64,000 nucleotides of DNA from Macrostomum hystrix (Eukaryota > Animalia > Platyhelminthes), in NCBI GenBank assembly GCA_950097015.1, contig CATNEN010000007.1:12214001-12278000 (forward strand), in the 5' to 3' direction. Made by a program: the position numbers and the translations under genes. This document shows, piece by piece, positions 40,385-58,717 of the stretch; position 1 is the stretch's first letter, and each line of letters opens with the position of its first letter. Under the pieces are notes generated by a model, which saw nothing but the letters and a program-made list of their open reading frames with translations, was not told where the DNA came from and made no database searches.

Positions 40385-42077
40385 AAAGAAAACAAAATAA
40401 TAGTCAACATAAATGCTCACAAAAAACACAATCAATTTAACGGCAGTTTAAATGAGCCTGAAAGAGAAACATATGAGAAATAAACACATTTTGTTAGTGA
40501 TACATTGACTAAAACCATCTAATTAGTTTGCTATTACTCTTAATTTATAATTTACTCTAGACAGAGACCTTTTTTCAATCTGACTTAGGATTATAGACTT
40601 AAGAGAACTTAAATTTAACATAAGAAAATTACTGTTACGAAATTTAAAGACTGTAAACCAAGATAAAAACTTTACTTAATTAGCTTAATAGTCCATCTGA
40701 TGACAACAATACATGCAAATATGATTGGCAATCAGCCAAATTGCTGCAAACTTGCTTGCTTGCATACTTGCTTAAAAAGTAAAAATAATATTAAAGAGCT
40801 ACTATTTAGTTTACCTATTTTGAGTTTGGCCTATGTCCCCTTTTAGACTGAAGCCTCTAAAAACATAAAACAGCAAAATGATACATTGTTTTATGTTCTT
40901 AGTCTCAAAACAAATTATACAACTCAAAAAGGGTCCTGTAAATAAAATTTTCAACTTTCACTCTAAATAATAGGAAAATAACAGGTGAACAATGAAAATA
41001 TATATACTGTGGTAGAAAATGCATTCAGGTGTGCCTTAGCCACTTTAAGTCAACTACAACTTGAAGTACTTTCTCTCTATTATTGTATTTTCTCTTTGTT
41101 GTTGACTGGATAGCTAGCTTGTAAAAGACAATGGTGATGTACATACAATCTAGGCTGATAGGATAATTGTATATGCCAGTGCTCTACCCTACAAGAGCTT
41201 AGCCCACTAACTAAAAAGTGGTGTCTAATATATAGTAGTCAAAGTCGAATTTAAATGAAATCAAAGAGTTTTCTATATTGGCAAGTCTATCAAACCACTA
41301 AATTAAGCGTAAAACAACTGCAGATGTGCTACATAAGAAAGAGAATCTATAGTTGTAATAAATACATATAGCATAGAATGCCATTCACAATTGATTATAA
41401 TAGTCTTCAGTTTCATACCATTTTTGGCACTAGGAATATTTTTTGTTAATCAAAAGCTTAACAGAGTCTACTTTGCTATTTAGTACAAGCAAGAAATTAA
41501 AAACCCAGAAAATACCTTTATTTGTTAGGAAAAACATTTAGAAGACAAAAGAAAGTTTTCTCTAAATCTGTTTCTTTTAATACATGGATTGGCCTACCAT
41601 TAAGGATTAGAACATTAAAAATATATTTTAAAAACTGCATTTGTGATAAATAATTGTTCCTCCTCATTCAATATGATTCTTTAGGTTTCCATTGTTTTAA
41701 CTGACTTTATTGTTTTAAAAAATGATTGAAATGAGACCCAATCTTTCAATTCTTATTTAAGACATGATTATTCTTTTTCTGGGCTGTTAGCCTTAATACT
41801 CTTCTATAATATTAAAGAAATCATTTTATTAGGTCTAAATTTTATTAGAAGTAGTCAAATTATTGTCCAATTAGGTATTTAAATATACATATATTGTTAG
41901 AAAACATATTGGGAAAAACCAATCAGTTAAAAGTTACATACATAGATTAGGTATAAGATCCTAGTAAAAGAAAATGTCTAGGAATTCTGACCCCACATTA
42001 AAAAAGAATTTTACTTTTTTACAGTTTAGTTATAAAAGAAGTTCAACAAATGAAAACTGTGTAATGCTATTAATTTT

Positions 42078-42505
42078 GGTAGTTGTTATTTGTCCGGTTA
42101 GCTGGACAAATAGCCGTTTGATTATTTGTCCGGTTAACCTGTTAACCATCCAAGGACTTAATTTCTTCCCTTTCAACGAGCAGGAGCAATGATCCTCCCA
42201 AAGACCACTCTTGCCCTGCTGAGAGCCATCTTGAGTCTTGACCTCACAAAGACCAAACTATACCCATGAACTAAGTTAGTCCTTGAAACAACCAATTTTC
42301 TGGAAAAGGTTTTAATTTTTTTAATTAGCTGATAAGCGAAAATAATTTGAGACACAAACTTTAAATCTGAATGACTGTCCTTTTGCAGCTTGTTAATTAT
42401 TTTATCTTACAAATGATAGAGGTTCTTGTGGTAGTGCTACAACCCCTTAGGCCTATAACTTAGTTATAAGTTATAACTCACTTAACCGGACAAATAACAA
42501 CTGCC
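42078..42505. mobile_element. Mutator-like MITE, 428 bp, 23-bp TIR, 9-bp TSD attaatttt
   Basis: ggtagttgttatttgtccggtta ... taaccggacaaataacaactgcc (1 mismatch); attaatttt at 42069-42077 and 42506-42514. Confidence 0.85.
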
Positions 42506-43854
42506 ATTAATTTTTCTAAAAATGGTTGTATTTTAATATTGTCATTATCAAATATTATCTACTTTTTAAAATAATTTAAATTTTATTTAGTTTAAACTGC
42601 AAAGTAATTTAAATCTAAGCAGCTGATATTCATTATTTTCTTAACAATAGACAAGTGCTAGGCCTATGCTGATTGATGTTTTACTTTCAAAATTCAAGTT
42701 AGACTTTTATAGAACATTAAAAGAAAAAAAACAAATAATATAGTAAGCAAAGTCCAACTGAATTGGCTTCAGTTGGCTATATTTAAAACTAGCTTATGCA
42801 ATAAAAACGGGGGCAATAATTCTTTTCTGATTAGCAGTAATATGTTTTCTACAATAAAAAAGTCTTTAGGCCTGGATGCTTTGCCTTCAAGCAGATATGT
42901 TAGCCTAAGGCAGGTTTTCTAAAGACTTTAGTAGCAGATAACTTTTATGCTTATTTTCTAGCAGACAAAGCATTAGGGAGAGAATGTAAACGGTAATTAT
43001 TAGCGAAACTTTTAACTCAATATAGTTCCCTCAAAGCAAGGACATCATTAAAGATAAACTTAATAAACCCATTGACTCAAACTTCTTTAAGCTCAATCTT
43101 TTTAGGATATAAAATTTACACTGCTTAGATAGTTAAGATATAAGATCGAAATTATTTTACGAAAGCTTTGTAGTATAGTACAAGTCACGACCCCCATATT
43201 CATGGAAGCAACTTCATGAAGCTGTAAAAGGCAATACAGACGAAAATCAGAAAGAGACAACTAAATGAACTAAAACCGTAAGCAGAGAGAATTTTCAGCA
43301 GCTTTTAATCATTTGCTCTCTAGATTGTTTTAAGGGTCGACAAGAGAGACGTTTGCATAATATAAATGTCATAGACTCACATTGTCAATTCAAGTTTAAT
43401 GTTTTTTTACATTCCAGAAAATTGCGGTTTAAATCTGTGTTTTCCTTTGTTTAAAAATTATTCCTTTTTGCGTAATAAACGTTTTTTATAAATTCACCAG
43501 CTATTTGTTGCTCGTGACATTAGCAGTTCATTAAGGTACTGATAAAAGATTGTTGTGATCGCTGTAGAGAGTTCTATTTTTTGTTTATTTATGTGGTTTT
43601 CTATGTAACATGCATGGTGTTACCAAGGGTAGCCAATATTACGAATGTTACCAGTGGTGCAACCTGAGTCCTGAGTAGACTCATGTACTCCTTAATTGTT
43701 ATTACATTCGTAACAGCGAATATTCTGGAAAGCAAAGATATAAGGGCTGGTGACTTGATTCTTGTTTCAGAAGATGTGCAACAAAGTGTTCTTGAGTTTC
43801 GTGTGCTTGCGCTGCTCTGTTTGGATGCAGCAAAAATTGTCGGCTGTCATCATC

Positions 43855-44560
43855 AGCAGAGCTGGTGTACGGAGCGCCGCTCGGTGTGCCTGGGGAGTGT
43901 CTGCTGCCCAGCCCCCCTGAAAGCGCCTGCCCCGACCAGTTCTTGGCACAATTGCGCACAGCTGTGCAGGCACTCCGGCCGGTGCCAACATCAAATATCA
44001 TGGAAGCCGCCAATCTGCTTGGCCCGCCGCTCTCAACTCATGCACGTTCGTTTTTGTCCGCCGTGATGGGCACCGCACTGCGCTGCAAAGGCCATACGAC
44101 GGGCCATTCAAGGTCATCGAGCGGGATGCAAAGACCTTTCTTTTGGATCTGGGCACTCGGTGCGATCGGGTGAGCGTAGACCGGTTGAAACCGGCGATAC
44201 TCAACACTGCTGACCCTATTCCCCGGCCTGCTCTGCGCACGCGGGGTCGCCCTCGGCGAGTACCAGTCGATCAGCGCCCCGCCCCACCCACCAGTGAAGC
44301 AATCGGCTGACCGAGTCGGTACAAGACTAACAATTTTTCCTAGACGACGGCAGCCAAATCGGCAGTGTCGGCCTGTACATTTCGACACGTAGCTCGGCGC
44401 TGGGGGGGAGCTGTGTGGCGGTCACAGGCGGACAGTAAAGTCAATGGCATTGACGCGCCGCGCCAACGATGTAAAGCCCATGGGCTGCGCAAATATACGA
44501 GCAACCGAAAGTTCATTTCTCTCTCTCTCGCATCAGCTCGCGAGCCACTACACGGGGGAT
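43855..44560 (+). mobile_element. Degenerate Ty3/Gypsy retrotransposon 3' remnant (integrase C-terminus, polypurine tract, probable LTR start)
   Basis: Frameshifted ELVYGAPLGVPGE, FVRRDGHRTALQRPYDGPFKVIER, DRVSVDRLKPA; gggggggag at ~44402 followed by TG; right boundary uncertain. Confidence 0.8.
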
Positions 44561-46185
44561 TTCCCCCCTTGGTAGAAAAACGGGCGGCAAAATGGCTTGG
44601 TAGTCCTACTGCTAATGCAGATGTTGACAATCTATTGTAAGGTTTGGCCTTGCTGCAGCTCATATTTATTCTACCTTAAATGACAAATCCCATGCAGAAA
44701 TTCTGAGTGAGTTTCATAATTGATCATACGATAAAGTGATCAGATTCAAATGATCACCTCCGTTGCTGCTGCCAGCTTTCTGCGGGTGTCTGTTGGCCCG
44801 ACGCAAAGGTGCGACCCAAGAGATCAATCAAATCTGCTGCTCATGATGAATTTAACTCCACCTATAATAACACAAGCGGTTTAGAGGGCCACACCCTGCA
44901 GAACGGCTTACCAGTGAATGGCGGCCCCCAACTCAATGGAGAACTCTTGCTAATGGCCCCATTGTGCTCAAATTGAATCGCCATCTATGCGAATGTTCGT
45001 TGAAGTCAGTGCGAGCGGCGCTTTCAATCCTGCCGATAAAGATGGGATCTTTGATAGGAAAATCAAGTTACATTTGTTTTCTGAAATCTCGAACGAGGAA
45101 GTATTTCTTCCTGCCCCGCCCATGCGGACCGCCCCGTGAAATGCCACAATGACACCCTACCGATCCCGCCCATTAGATCCCAATCGATCTAGATCCCCAG
45201 ATAACAAGCACAAGATCAGAAAAAGGCCTTGTAAAACTGTTTCTGCTCCACTAGCCAGGCGGCAGGCATTGGGTGCCAGAGAAAAACTAGTTTTTTTGTG
45301 GCAATTTTGAATTCAAAGCTTTTCGACTATCCTGAATTGTCAGCGCAATGTCAGATTAGCAATGGATCAATTAGGGGCAGCGGACTGAGATGATGAGCGG
45401 CCTCAGATGAAGCTGTAATGGGCTAATTAGAACATTTTTCATAAACTGTGCCACGGATGGCGGGCAGTTAGTGCTCAGATTGAGCATAAGATGGCCCGAA
45501 TTAGACCACGCGAGCTTGACACAATTTGCGCACGGCGGGTGGCTCGCATTGTTGTCTGTTTGAATCCCAAATAGACAGACAGTTTGCTTTCCTCGTTGAA
45601 GCCCTCCGGGCATGCTTTCTAAGAATCGTGGCACAATGCGATTCGCCGCGGCATAAATAGGAAAATAACGTACATTGACGCAGCGGTGTTGACCAACTTT
45701 CACCCCTGCTGGCCCCGGCCACGTGCGAGCGACCGAGATACAACTCATTGCTGCCTGGGGGAACTCAGAATCCACGCCCACCACTCATCGCGCCAATTTG
45801 AATTGTTAAAGCCATCCGCGCAGCCTTAATAACCCACTCAGCCAGCATCACCTGTCAGCTAAGCACGATTAATTTTGAAGGCTCATTATCTCCCGTCTTA
45901 CCGTTTGTCATTGCTACATCTGACCGAGCTAATAATAAAAAATTGTCTTCCATGCATTCAATCAATGGAACTGAATTGCGATGAAAATCTTTATTTGACA
46001 TCAAATTGCAACATGAGCGATACAATGTATCCAACAACTCCAAACTTGCTGAGATTTTAATGACTTCATTATGAAAGTCCTTATTTCCCCTATAAAACTA
46101 AAACAAATAGTAAGGCAAGTCAAATCTACCGAATCTGCTTATCTTTATAAACCCGTCTCAAATATGAAAAACACTCATCACAAAT

Positions 46186-47450
46186 ACACACCCATTCACA
46201 GACACAATCACACCCATTCACAGACACACTCACACCCATTCACAGACACACTCATACTCATTCACAGAAACACTCACACCCATTCACAGACACACTCACA
46301 CTCATTCACAGACACAATCACACCCATTCACAGAAACACTCACACTCATTCACAGACACAATCACACTCATTCACAGACACACTCACACTCATTCACAGA
46401 CACAATCACACTCATTCACAGACACACTCACACTCATTCACAGACACACTCATACTCATTCACAGACACACTCACACTCATTCACAGACACACTCACACT
46501 CATTCACAGACACACTCACACTCATTCACAGACACACTCATACTCATTCACAGACACACTCACACTCATTCACAGACACAATCACACTCATTCACAGACA
46601 CACTCACACTCATTCACAGACACACTCACACTCATTCACAGACACACTCACACTCATTCACAGACACAATCACACTCATTCACAGACACACTCACACTCA
46701 TTCACAGACACACTCACACTCATTCACAGACACACTCACACTCATTCACAGACACACTCACACTCATTCACAGACACACTCACACTCATTCACAGACACA
46801 CTCACACTCATTCACAGACACACTCACACTCATTCACAGACACACTCACACTCATTCACAGACACACTCACACTCATTCACAGACACACTCACACTCATT
46901 CACAGACACACTCACACTCATTCACAGACACACTCACACTCATTCACAGACACACTCACACTCATTCACAGACACACTCACACTCATTCACAGACACACT
47001 CACACTCATTCACAGACACACTCACACTCATTCACAGACACACTCACACTCATTCACAGACACACTCACACTCATTCACAGACACACTCACACTCATTCA
47101 CAGACACACTCACACTCATTCACAGACACACTCACACTCATTCACAGACACAATCACACTCATTCACAGACACAACCACACTCATTCACAGACACACTCA
47201 CACTCATTCACAGACACACTCACACTCATTCACAGACACACTCACACTCATTCACAGACACACTCACACTCATTCACAGACACACTCACACTCATTCACA
47301 GACACACTCACACTCATTCACAGACACACTCACACTCATTCACAGACACAATCACACTCATTCACAGACACAACCACACTCATTCACAGACACACTCACA
47401 CTCATTCACAGACACACTCACACTCATTCACAGACACACTCATACTCATT
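46186..47450. repeat. 22-bp CA-rich minisatellite (cactcattcacagacacactca), ~57 copies
   Basis: Direct reading. Confidence 0.97.
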
Positions 47451-48509
47451 CCGAAGGTCCGGAGGGTCCCATTGTCTTGTGGCTGTCCTAGATGCTTCAG
47501 GTAACTTTGTCACGGCCTTTCTAAATTCCAACTGAGTCAGAAACAGTCTTTTTCGATACACTCAATTTTTGGTTTGAAATTGAAATCAGTGACTCAGCAA
47601 CAGAATTTTCTCACCTTCCACAATATCCAGGGATCTGGAAGGCTGTAAACTCGTATGAGTTTATGAGAAACCAATTAAAAAAAGAAGTGGATGGGAATTC
47701 CATTATGTTTTTAGCTCGGAATGATACAGCACTCACGCACAACCAGAGTTCGAACCCCAGTTCAAGCGGAGCCACAGGGTGGGGGACCGGCAGCTGAGAA
47801 AATTGGCGCCTTCGCCACTCAGGCCCGCCCTGTTGATGACGCAACAGCCGCTTGACGAGGCCCGCGCGCAGCCAGTCAAGTATCAATCGCAGCCTTCAAT
47901 TAAGATCTTCAAATTCATATTGTATCTGCAGCCCCTGCCCTGCCACTTTCTCTATCGCCTGCCTCCAGTGTCCCATCTCCCTGGGGAGGGGAAGACCCGC
48001 AGAGCCCCGGCCCGAGTTGTCACCCAGCGGAGCAAGGAATTCTTAGAAACTCTCAGGCCCCACAAATCACGGAACCAGCGGACGGGAGCTTGCTCCACGG
48101 AATTGTCGCGGGCTGCTCGGGCGTGACCGCAGCTGAGCTGCGCACCGACTCGCACCCGAGGCCCCCTAATTGTTGCACGCAGCTCTGACAGCTCAGCTGG
48201 GTCTGACAACATAGAATGAAAACACAGGCTCCATTGTTGAGTTTTTCTAGCAGCTCATTGAATCAATTAGTTTTCAGTTTCGCGGCCTGCCTGGTTGGCC
48301 CTTCTAACATTCGATTAAATGTGTTTAGCAATTAAATTTTCCATTGCAAAAGACTTAATTGCTACCGAAGTTCTCCGCATGCGCACCTAACAATAAGCTT
48401 TGTTCTCGATTCCCTTTTCCGATGCAGTGCTCTCTCTGACCTGGCTGTTCGATTCACACCAGCTTCCCCGTTTCTATGCGGTGCTTGCTTCTGAATTCTC
48501 TGAATAACC

Positions 48510-49005
48510 TCCCTTCTACTCTTCACCCTTCCTCTTCTCTCCCTCCCTCTCCTCACCCTTCCTTTTCTCTCCTCCCTCTCCTCACCCTTCCTCTTCTCTC
48601 CCTCCCTCTCCTCTCCTTTCCTCTTCTCTCCTTTCCTCTCCTCTCCCTTCCCCTCCTCTCCCTCCCTCTCCTCACCCTTTCTCTCCTCTCCCTTCCCCTC
48701 GTCTCCCTTTCTCTCCTCTCCCTTCCTCTCCTCTCCTCTCCTCTCCTCTCCTCTCCTCTCCTCTCCCTTCCTCTCCTCTCCCTTCCCCTCCTCTCCCTTT
48801 CTCTCCTCGCCATTCCCCTCCTCTTTTTTACCCTCCTCTCCTCTTCCTGCTTGAACTCTCCTCTCCTCTCCTCTCCTCTCCTCTCCTCTCCTCTCCTCTC
48901 CTCTCCTCTCCTGTCCTCTCCTGTCATCTCCTCTCCTCTCCTCTCCTAACCTCTCCTCCCCTCTCCTGTTCTGTTCTTTGCCTTCTTCTCCTCTCCCTTC
49001 CCTTT
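48510..49005. repeat. Polypyrimidine (CTCTC)n-type low-complexity tract
   Basis: Direct reading. Confidence 0.95.
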
Positions 49006-49995
49006 CTTAAGGCTCACGCGTTGACCTTTGATTACTGACATTCGAATCCCAAATCTGTGTTCCGAATTGTCGTTTCCCAAGGTCGCCTGAAAAGCTCGGA
49101 TATTCCCGATTCCATTGCAGCTCTGCAAACTATTTTTCACGTCAAAGCCATCAAACAAACGATTGACAACTCTGGGCTCATAGATCAGCCGACCTGAGTC
49201 CGCGGCGGCAGTCACCCAGCCGTGACCCGACGCCTTCCACAGTCCCCAACAGCTCCTGAAGCATCTGGCGCAGCGGGCCGCCGCCAGCACTGCTTGATAT
49301 CGGGAATCGAATTCGGATTGGATTCGGAAATCGAGTCGCTTTGGCCGTGATCGAGTCAGGCTGCGATTTGGCTCGGCCCGGAATTCCCCCCGGGACCCCG
49401 GATCTGCCAGGCAGCAGATAGACAATTTCATCAGAAACTCATCTGGCCGTGTCCGCGGACTCCAGCTCCGGCTAGACTCCAGCTCCGGGATTCTCAGCTG
49501 AGTTGTTTGGCTAAACATTTGCGAGCCCCAACCCCTCTACCGCCGCAATTTGGCGCCTGGCCGCGGATCAGCCGTCCCAGAGGACTCGCGCCTCTAATCT
49601 TAATTGTGTCCCATACCATCGCCACCTGAGTCTGGGAAGAATCTCCCCATTTCACCATCCTAGCTGCGCCTCGCCCGGGCTCTATTATGGAGTCCCCAAA
49701 TCCGCCTTAGTAAATGAGTTCGCCCCCCCCACTCCGAGGCTCTCCAGGGCTGCACGTGAATTAATTTGATCTTATTGATGATCCCTGATTTGCTGCTTGG
49801 CTCGTAATCCGCCATTAAATGGACAGTAATAAAGTTTTCCTTCTAATCCGCTCCGAGCCCCGGCTAAGTCCCAGGTGACCCGAGGCCTCTACCTGAAAGG
49901 GGATTTCCAAATGGCATCATCCAATCTGCCCCCACCTCCTCCGCTTGTTCGAATCCCGCAGAATCTACGCTGCCGCTGACTCACGGGACAGCTGT

Positions 49996-50226
49996 CTCAC
50001 CTGCCCCAGCCTCCAAGACTAGCCTCATCGATGCTCACCTGCCCGAGCCTCCCAGACTAGCCTCATCGATGCTCACCTGCCCGAGCCTCCCAGACTAGCC
50101 TCATCGATGCTCACCTGCCCGAGCCTCCCAGACTAGCCTCATCGATGCTCACCTGCCCGAGCCTCCCAGACTAGCCTCATCGATGCTCACCTGCCCGAGC
50201 CTCCCAGACTAGCCTCATCGATGCTC
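49996..50226 (-). repeat. 38-bp minisatellite, 6 copies, each with CAG|GTGAG on the minus strand
   Basis: ctcacctg at 49996, 50034, 50072, 50110, 50148, 50186. Confidence 0.93.
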
Positions 50227-51494
50227 CGCGGCAGTGCTCAGGGCTCACTGCAGCATCGAGCTGTCTGAGCGGCGGCTTAATTTCAGGCGCGGCTCAGTGC
50301 GCAGATCGATGGCCGCGCTGCTCGACCGAAGCGGGGCCTGCAAGCGTGCAATGAGCCATTACCGGCATCAGCTGCTCCGCGGGGTGTCAAGAAATCACGT
50401 TTACGCCCAGCTCCCAATCTCTCACGCCCCCCCGTTATCCGCAGGCAGCTCGGGGTGTTTCAAATTAACGCGGGCAGCAAGATGCTTCATTCGCTGGCTG
50501 GCGGTCCCTCCGCCAATTTGCGCCGGGCCGGGCACCGAGCGAATTCAATTACAGCCTCGGTTCAAGCCTCATCAGATTAGACTGGGCGCCTGACTGCCAG
50601 CCCCCATCGGTGCGCTGCGAGGCTGTGATTGAATTGACGCGGGTTTGTCAGGCAGTCGGGAATCTCTGCTGTCGCTGCTGATGCTGCGTTGGCGGCTGCG
50701 GCGGCAGTGGCGGCGATGGCGGTCGGGCAGCGGCGACGCCCCGCGGCCTCCTAACGCGACTACGCGTTGATTTGTTTAGGAAGCCGAGGGGGAAATAAGC
50801 GGCTAATCGTGATTTGCCTGCCCAAGCCGAATTGCTCAAATTTGTGCCACGCCCGCCCAGGCCGTCGCCCGCCCCCTCCGCGGCCCGGATTGGTTGATTG
50901 GCCTGGCCCGGCCAGGGCGGCCCGCCAATTTAATCAGGCCACGGGGCGCCAGCGACAGTGGAACTCCCGAAAGCCCCGAGAGCGCCAACGATACGCGAGC
51001 CTTCAGCTTCTGACTTCTTCGCTGGTAAGTTGAATCTGGCTTTGGTGGGATTTGTTTCCTCCGAAAACTTTTGGCCCGAAAGAAAGCTTCAATGAAATCC
51101 TCACGGAAAGAGTTCGCGTGGCACGCGAGGCTGCTGAAGTCAGCAAGTCAAGGCACGGCCCGCCCTGTCCAGGCCTGCCTGAAATCCGCACCTTCCCTGA
51201 GGTGTGGGATTTCACGGCTGGGCAGCCGAGGCTGTGATGGACAGAGCAGCCACCTGTCAGGAGGGATTGGTCACAAATTATAATGCAACTAGCAGCAGAG
51301 CAGGCAAATCAGCCGGTCAGCCGGGATCAGAGTTGTTTGCCGGCCGCATTGACAGGCGAAATCACGTTTTCCCAGCCGGATCAGATTTCCCTCATCTTGT
51401 CCAATTTTTTCGCAAGTTATTTTTGCTTGAGCTGCGGCCCCCTTAAAAATCACGAGCTAACGCCCGGCCCACCCGCAGGTCCAGCACATCCGGC

Positions 51495-56019
<4,525 letters not shown>

Positions 56020-57590
56020 GACAGGCCTTTCTGCTCTTGGACATCGTTGGGCACAGGCCCGACACTGCAGATCTCATTCCAGCGCGAACCGAGCAGACAC
56101 TGGCGCACCCTCGAGTGTATAATGTTGCGCACCTGTTTTCAGCCTAATCCGACTGTTAATATTGATTTAGTCGGCCTCTTAAATCGCCACCCTCGACTAT
56201 TCGTTCCCCGAGCCGCTGCACCTCCGCACCCGTCACGCCTGCACCGCAGACGCTCACGCACTCGCGCACCTGTTTGTGTATCTGCCTCAACCATAGAGTA
56301 ATTAAATGGCCGCCCTGAGCTCCCAACCTGTACACTGAACTCGCCGCGATCGGCTCAGCTGAAATACACGCGGACTCTAATTGCTTCACTGAGAGAGGCC
56401 GAATTATTAAATGTGAAGTGGCTGCTCAGCCAAGCCTTTCTCACGGCCTCCTTAAACTAAACAAACAAATTGCTCGCGAAATCTGCCTCCGTGACTCCCC
56501 GCCCTTGGACTGGCAATTCTATTGAAAGCAATGGAATTGCTCCTCATTAGCTTCATCTCATTTCCCAGCCTCCCTCCCCGGGTTAGGAAGCAGCGGGGAA
56601 CCGAAAACAAAGGCGCACTGACGGCGGCCGAGTCGCTAACGAATGCGTGCAGTTTAACGCCATTAATAATGAGGCGTCACTCAGCACGGCCGGGGGATAA
56701 ACAGTTGATTAGCGGGCAATCTCGCTGAGCAGTTTTTAAAATCAGTTTTCCCCAAATCAGGGCCTGATCGCGCGGGCCCCCCAATTAGCGCGCGGGTCTT
56801 CCCCGACTGCTCCGCAAATAATTGGGCGGCAGCGCCCTCCAAGATCCCCACCCAGTTGCCCCTCGAGCTGCTCTTCGCCTCAGCCGAGCAGCTCGTAGGC
56901 CACAGTCAGCCCATTGTTGCGGGAGTCTCTACAATGGATTGGGGTCCAATGAGTTGTGAAATCAATCAATCAGTAGGTGAAGAGCTTGAGGAGCCATAAG
57001 TGTCGGGCACAATGCTTTTTAGCAAGTGACGCAACACTTTCGAGAGCAAAACTCACTTTGCAGCTTTGCACAATCACACAAAGGGAAACCATTCTGCAAG
57101 GCCAACATTCCAAGCATTTCAATCCGATGGCTTTTAGCCCAGCAACCCAAGTTTGAGCACAGGCTGCAACTGCTCTGGCTGCCAGTCCCGGTGACTGAGC
57201 TGCGAAAGGGGAAGAAAGCTGCTCGATCCTTCGCTCGTCTCGTCCTCCGTGTGCTGTCCCTCGGCGTCCTTAGCAACGCTGCGAGGGCGCGAGGGACTGA
57301 GGATCAGGGAAGAGAGTTGGGGCGGGAGTGCAGCGGCTGGCCGGCCTTCGAATGATCCGGCGATGTGAAAATGAAATTACAGCGCTAATATAATTTATTG
57401 ATTTATTTATTCATTTACTTGGCCGCGGCGGCTTAACGGGGGCGGCCCGGGGGGCGGAGATGCACGGGGGGAGGTGACGGTAATTCGAAGCGACTTACAC
57501 GCATCTCATAAGCCGGCAATAATGCGTAATTAACTCTATGAAATATTCAGTGCGGCTGGCCGACTTAAGTCTACGACCGCCGCTTCTCCC

Positions 57591-58717
57591 AGCAACCGGA
57601 GGGCAACTGGGAGCAAGTGGGAGAAACTGGGAGCATTGGGAAAAACTGGAAGCAACTGGGAGAAACTGGGATCAACTGGGAGAAACTGGGATCAACTGGG
57701 AGAAACTGGAAGCAACTGGCAGAAACTGGAAGCAACTGGGAGAAACTGGAAGCAACTGGGAGAAACTGGAAGCAACTGGGAACAACTGGAAGCAACTGGG
57801 AGAAACTGGAAGCAACTGGGAGAAACTAGAAGCAACTGGCAGAAACTGGGAGCAACTGGGAGAAACTGGAAGCAACTGGCAGAAACTGAAAGCAACTGGG
57901 AGAAACTGGAAGCAACTGGGAGAAACTGGAAGCAACTGGCAGAAACTGGAAGCAACTGGCAGAAACTGGAAGCAACTGGCAGAAACTGGAAGCAACTGGG
58001 AGAAACTGAAAGCAACTGGGAGAAACTGGAAGCAACTGGCAGAAACTGGAAGCAACTGACAGAAACTGGAAGCAACTGGCAGAAACTAGAAGCAACTGGG
58101 AGAAACTGAAAGCAACTGGGAACATCTGGAAGCAACTGGGAGAAACTGGAAGCAACTGGGAACAACTCGAAGCAGCTGGGAGAAACTGGAAGCAACTGGG
58201 AGAAACTGGAAGCAACTGGGAGAAACTGGAAGCAACTGGGAGAAACTGGAAGCAACTGGGAGAAACTGGAAGCAACTGGGAACAACTCGAAGCAGCTGGG
58301 AACAACTGGAAGCAACTGGGAGAAACTGGAAGCAACTGGGAGAAACTGGAAGCAACTGGGAGAAACTGGAAGCAACTGGGAACATCTGGAAGCAACTGGG
58401 AGAAACTGGAAGCAACTGGGAGAGACTAGAAGCAACTGGGAGAAACTAGAAGCAACTGGGAGAAACTGGAAGCAACTGGGAGAAACTGGAAGCAACTGGT
58501 AGAAACTAGAAGCAACTGTGAGAAACTGGAAGCAACTGGGAGAAACTGGGAGCAACTGGGAGAAACTAGAAGCAACTGGGAACATCTGGAAGCAACTGGG
58601 AGAAACTGGAAGCAACTGGGAACAACTCGAAGCAGCTGGGAGAAACTGGAAGCAACTGGGAGAAACTGGAAGCAACTGGGAGAAACTGGAAGCAACTGGG
58701 AGAAACTAGAAGCAACT
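57591..58717. repeat. 20-bp (2x10) minisatellite (agaaactggaagcaactggg), ~55 copies
   Basis: Direct reading. Confidence 0.97.

Noticed and set aside
46071-47504. 477-aa His/Thr-rich ORF
   Set aside because: Product of the 22-bp CA-rich array, which lacks stop codons by composition
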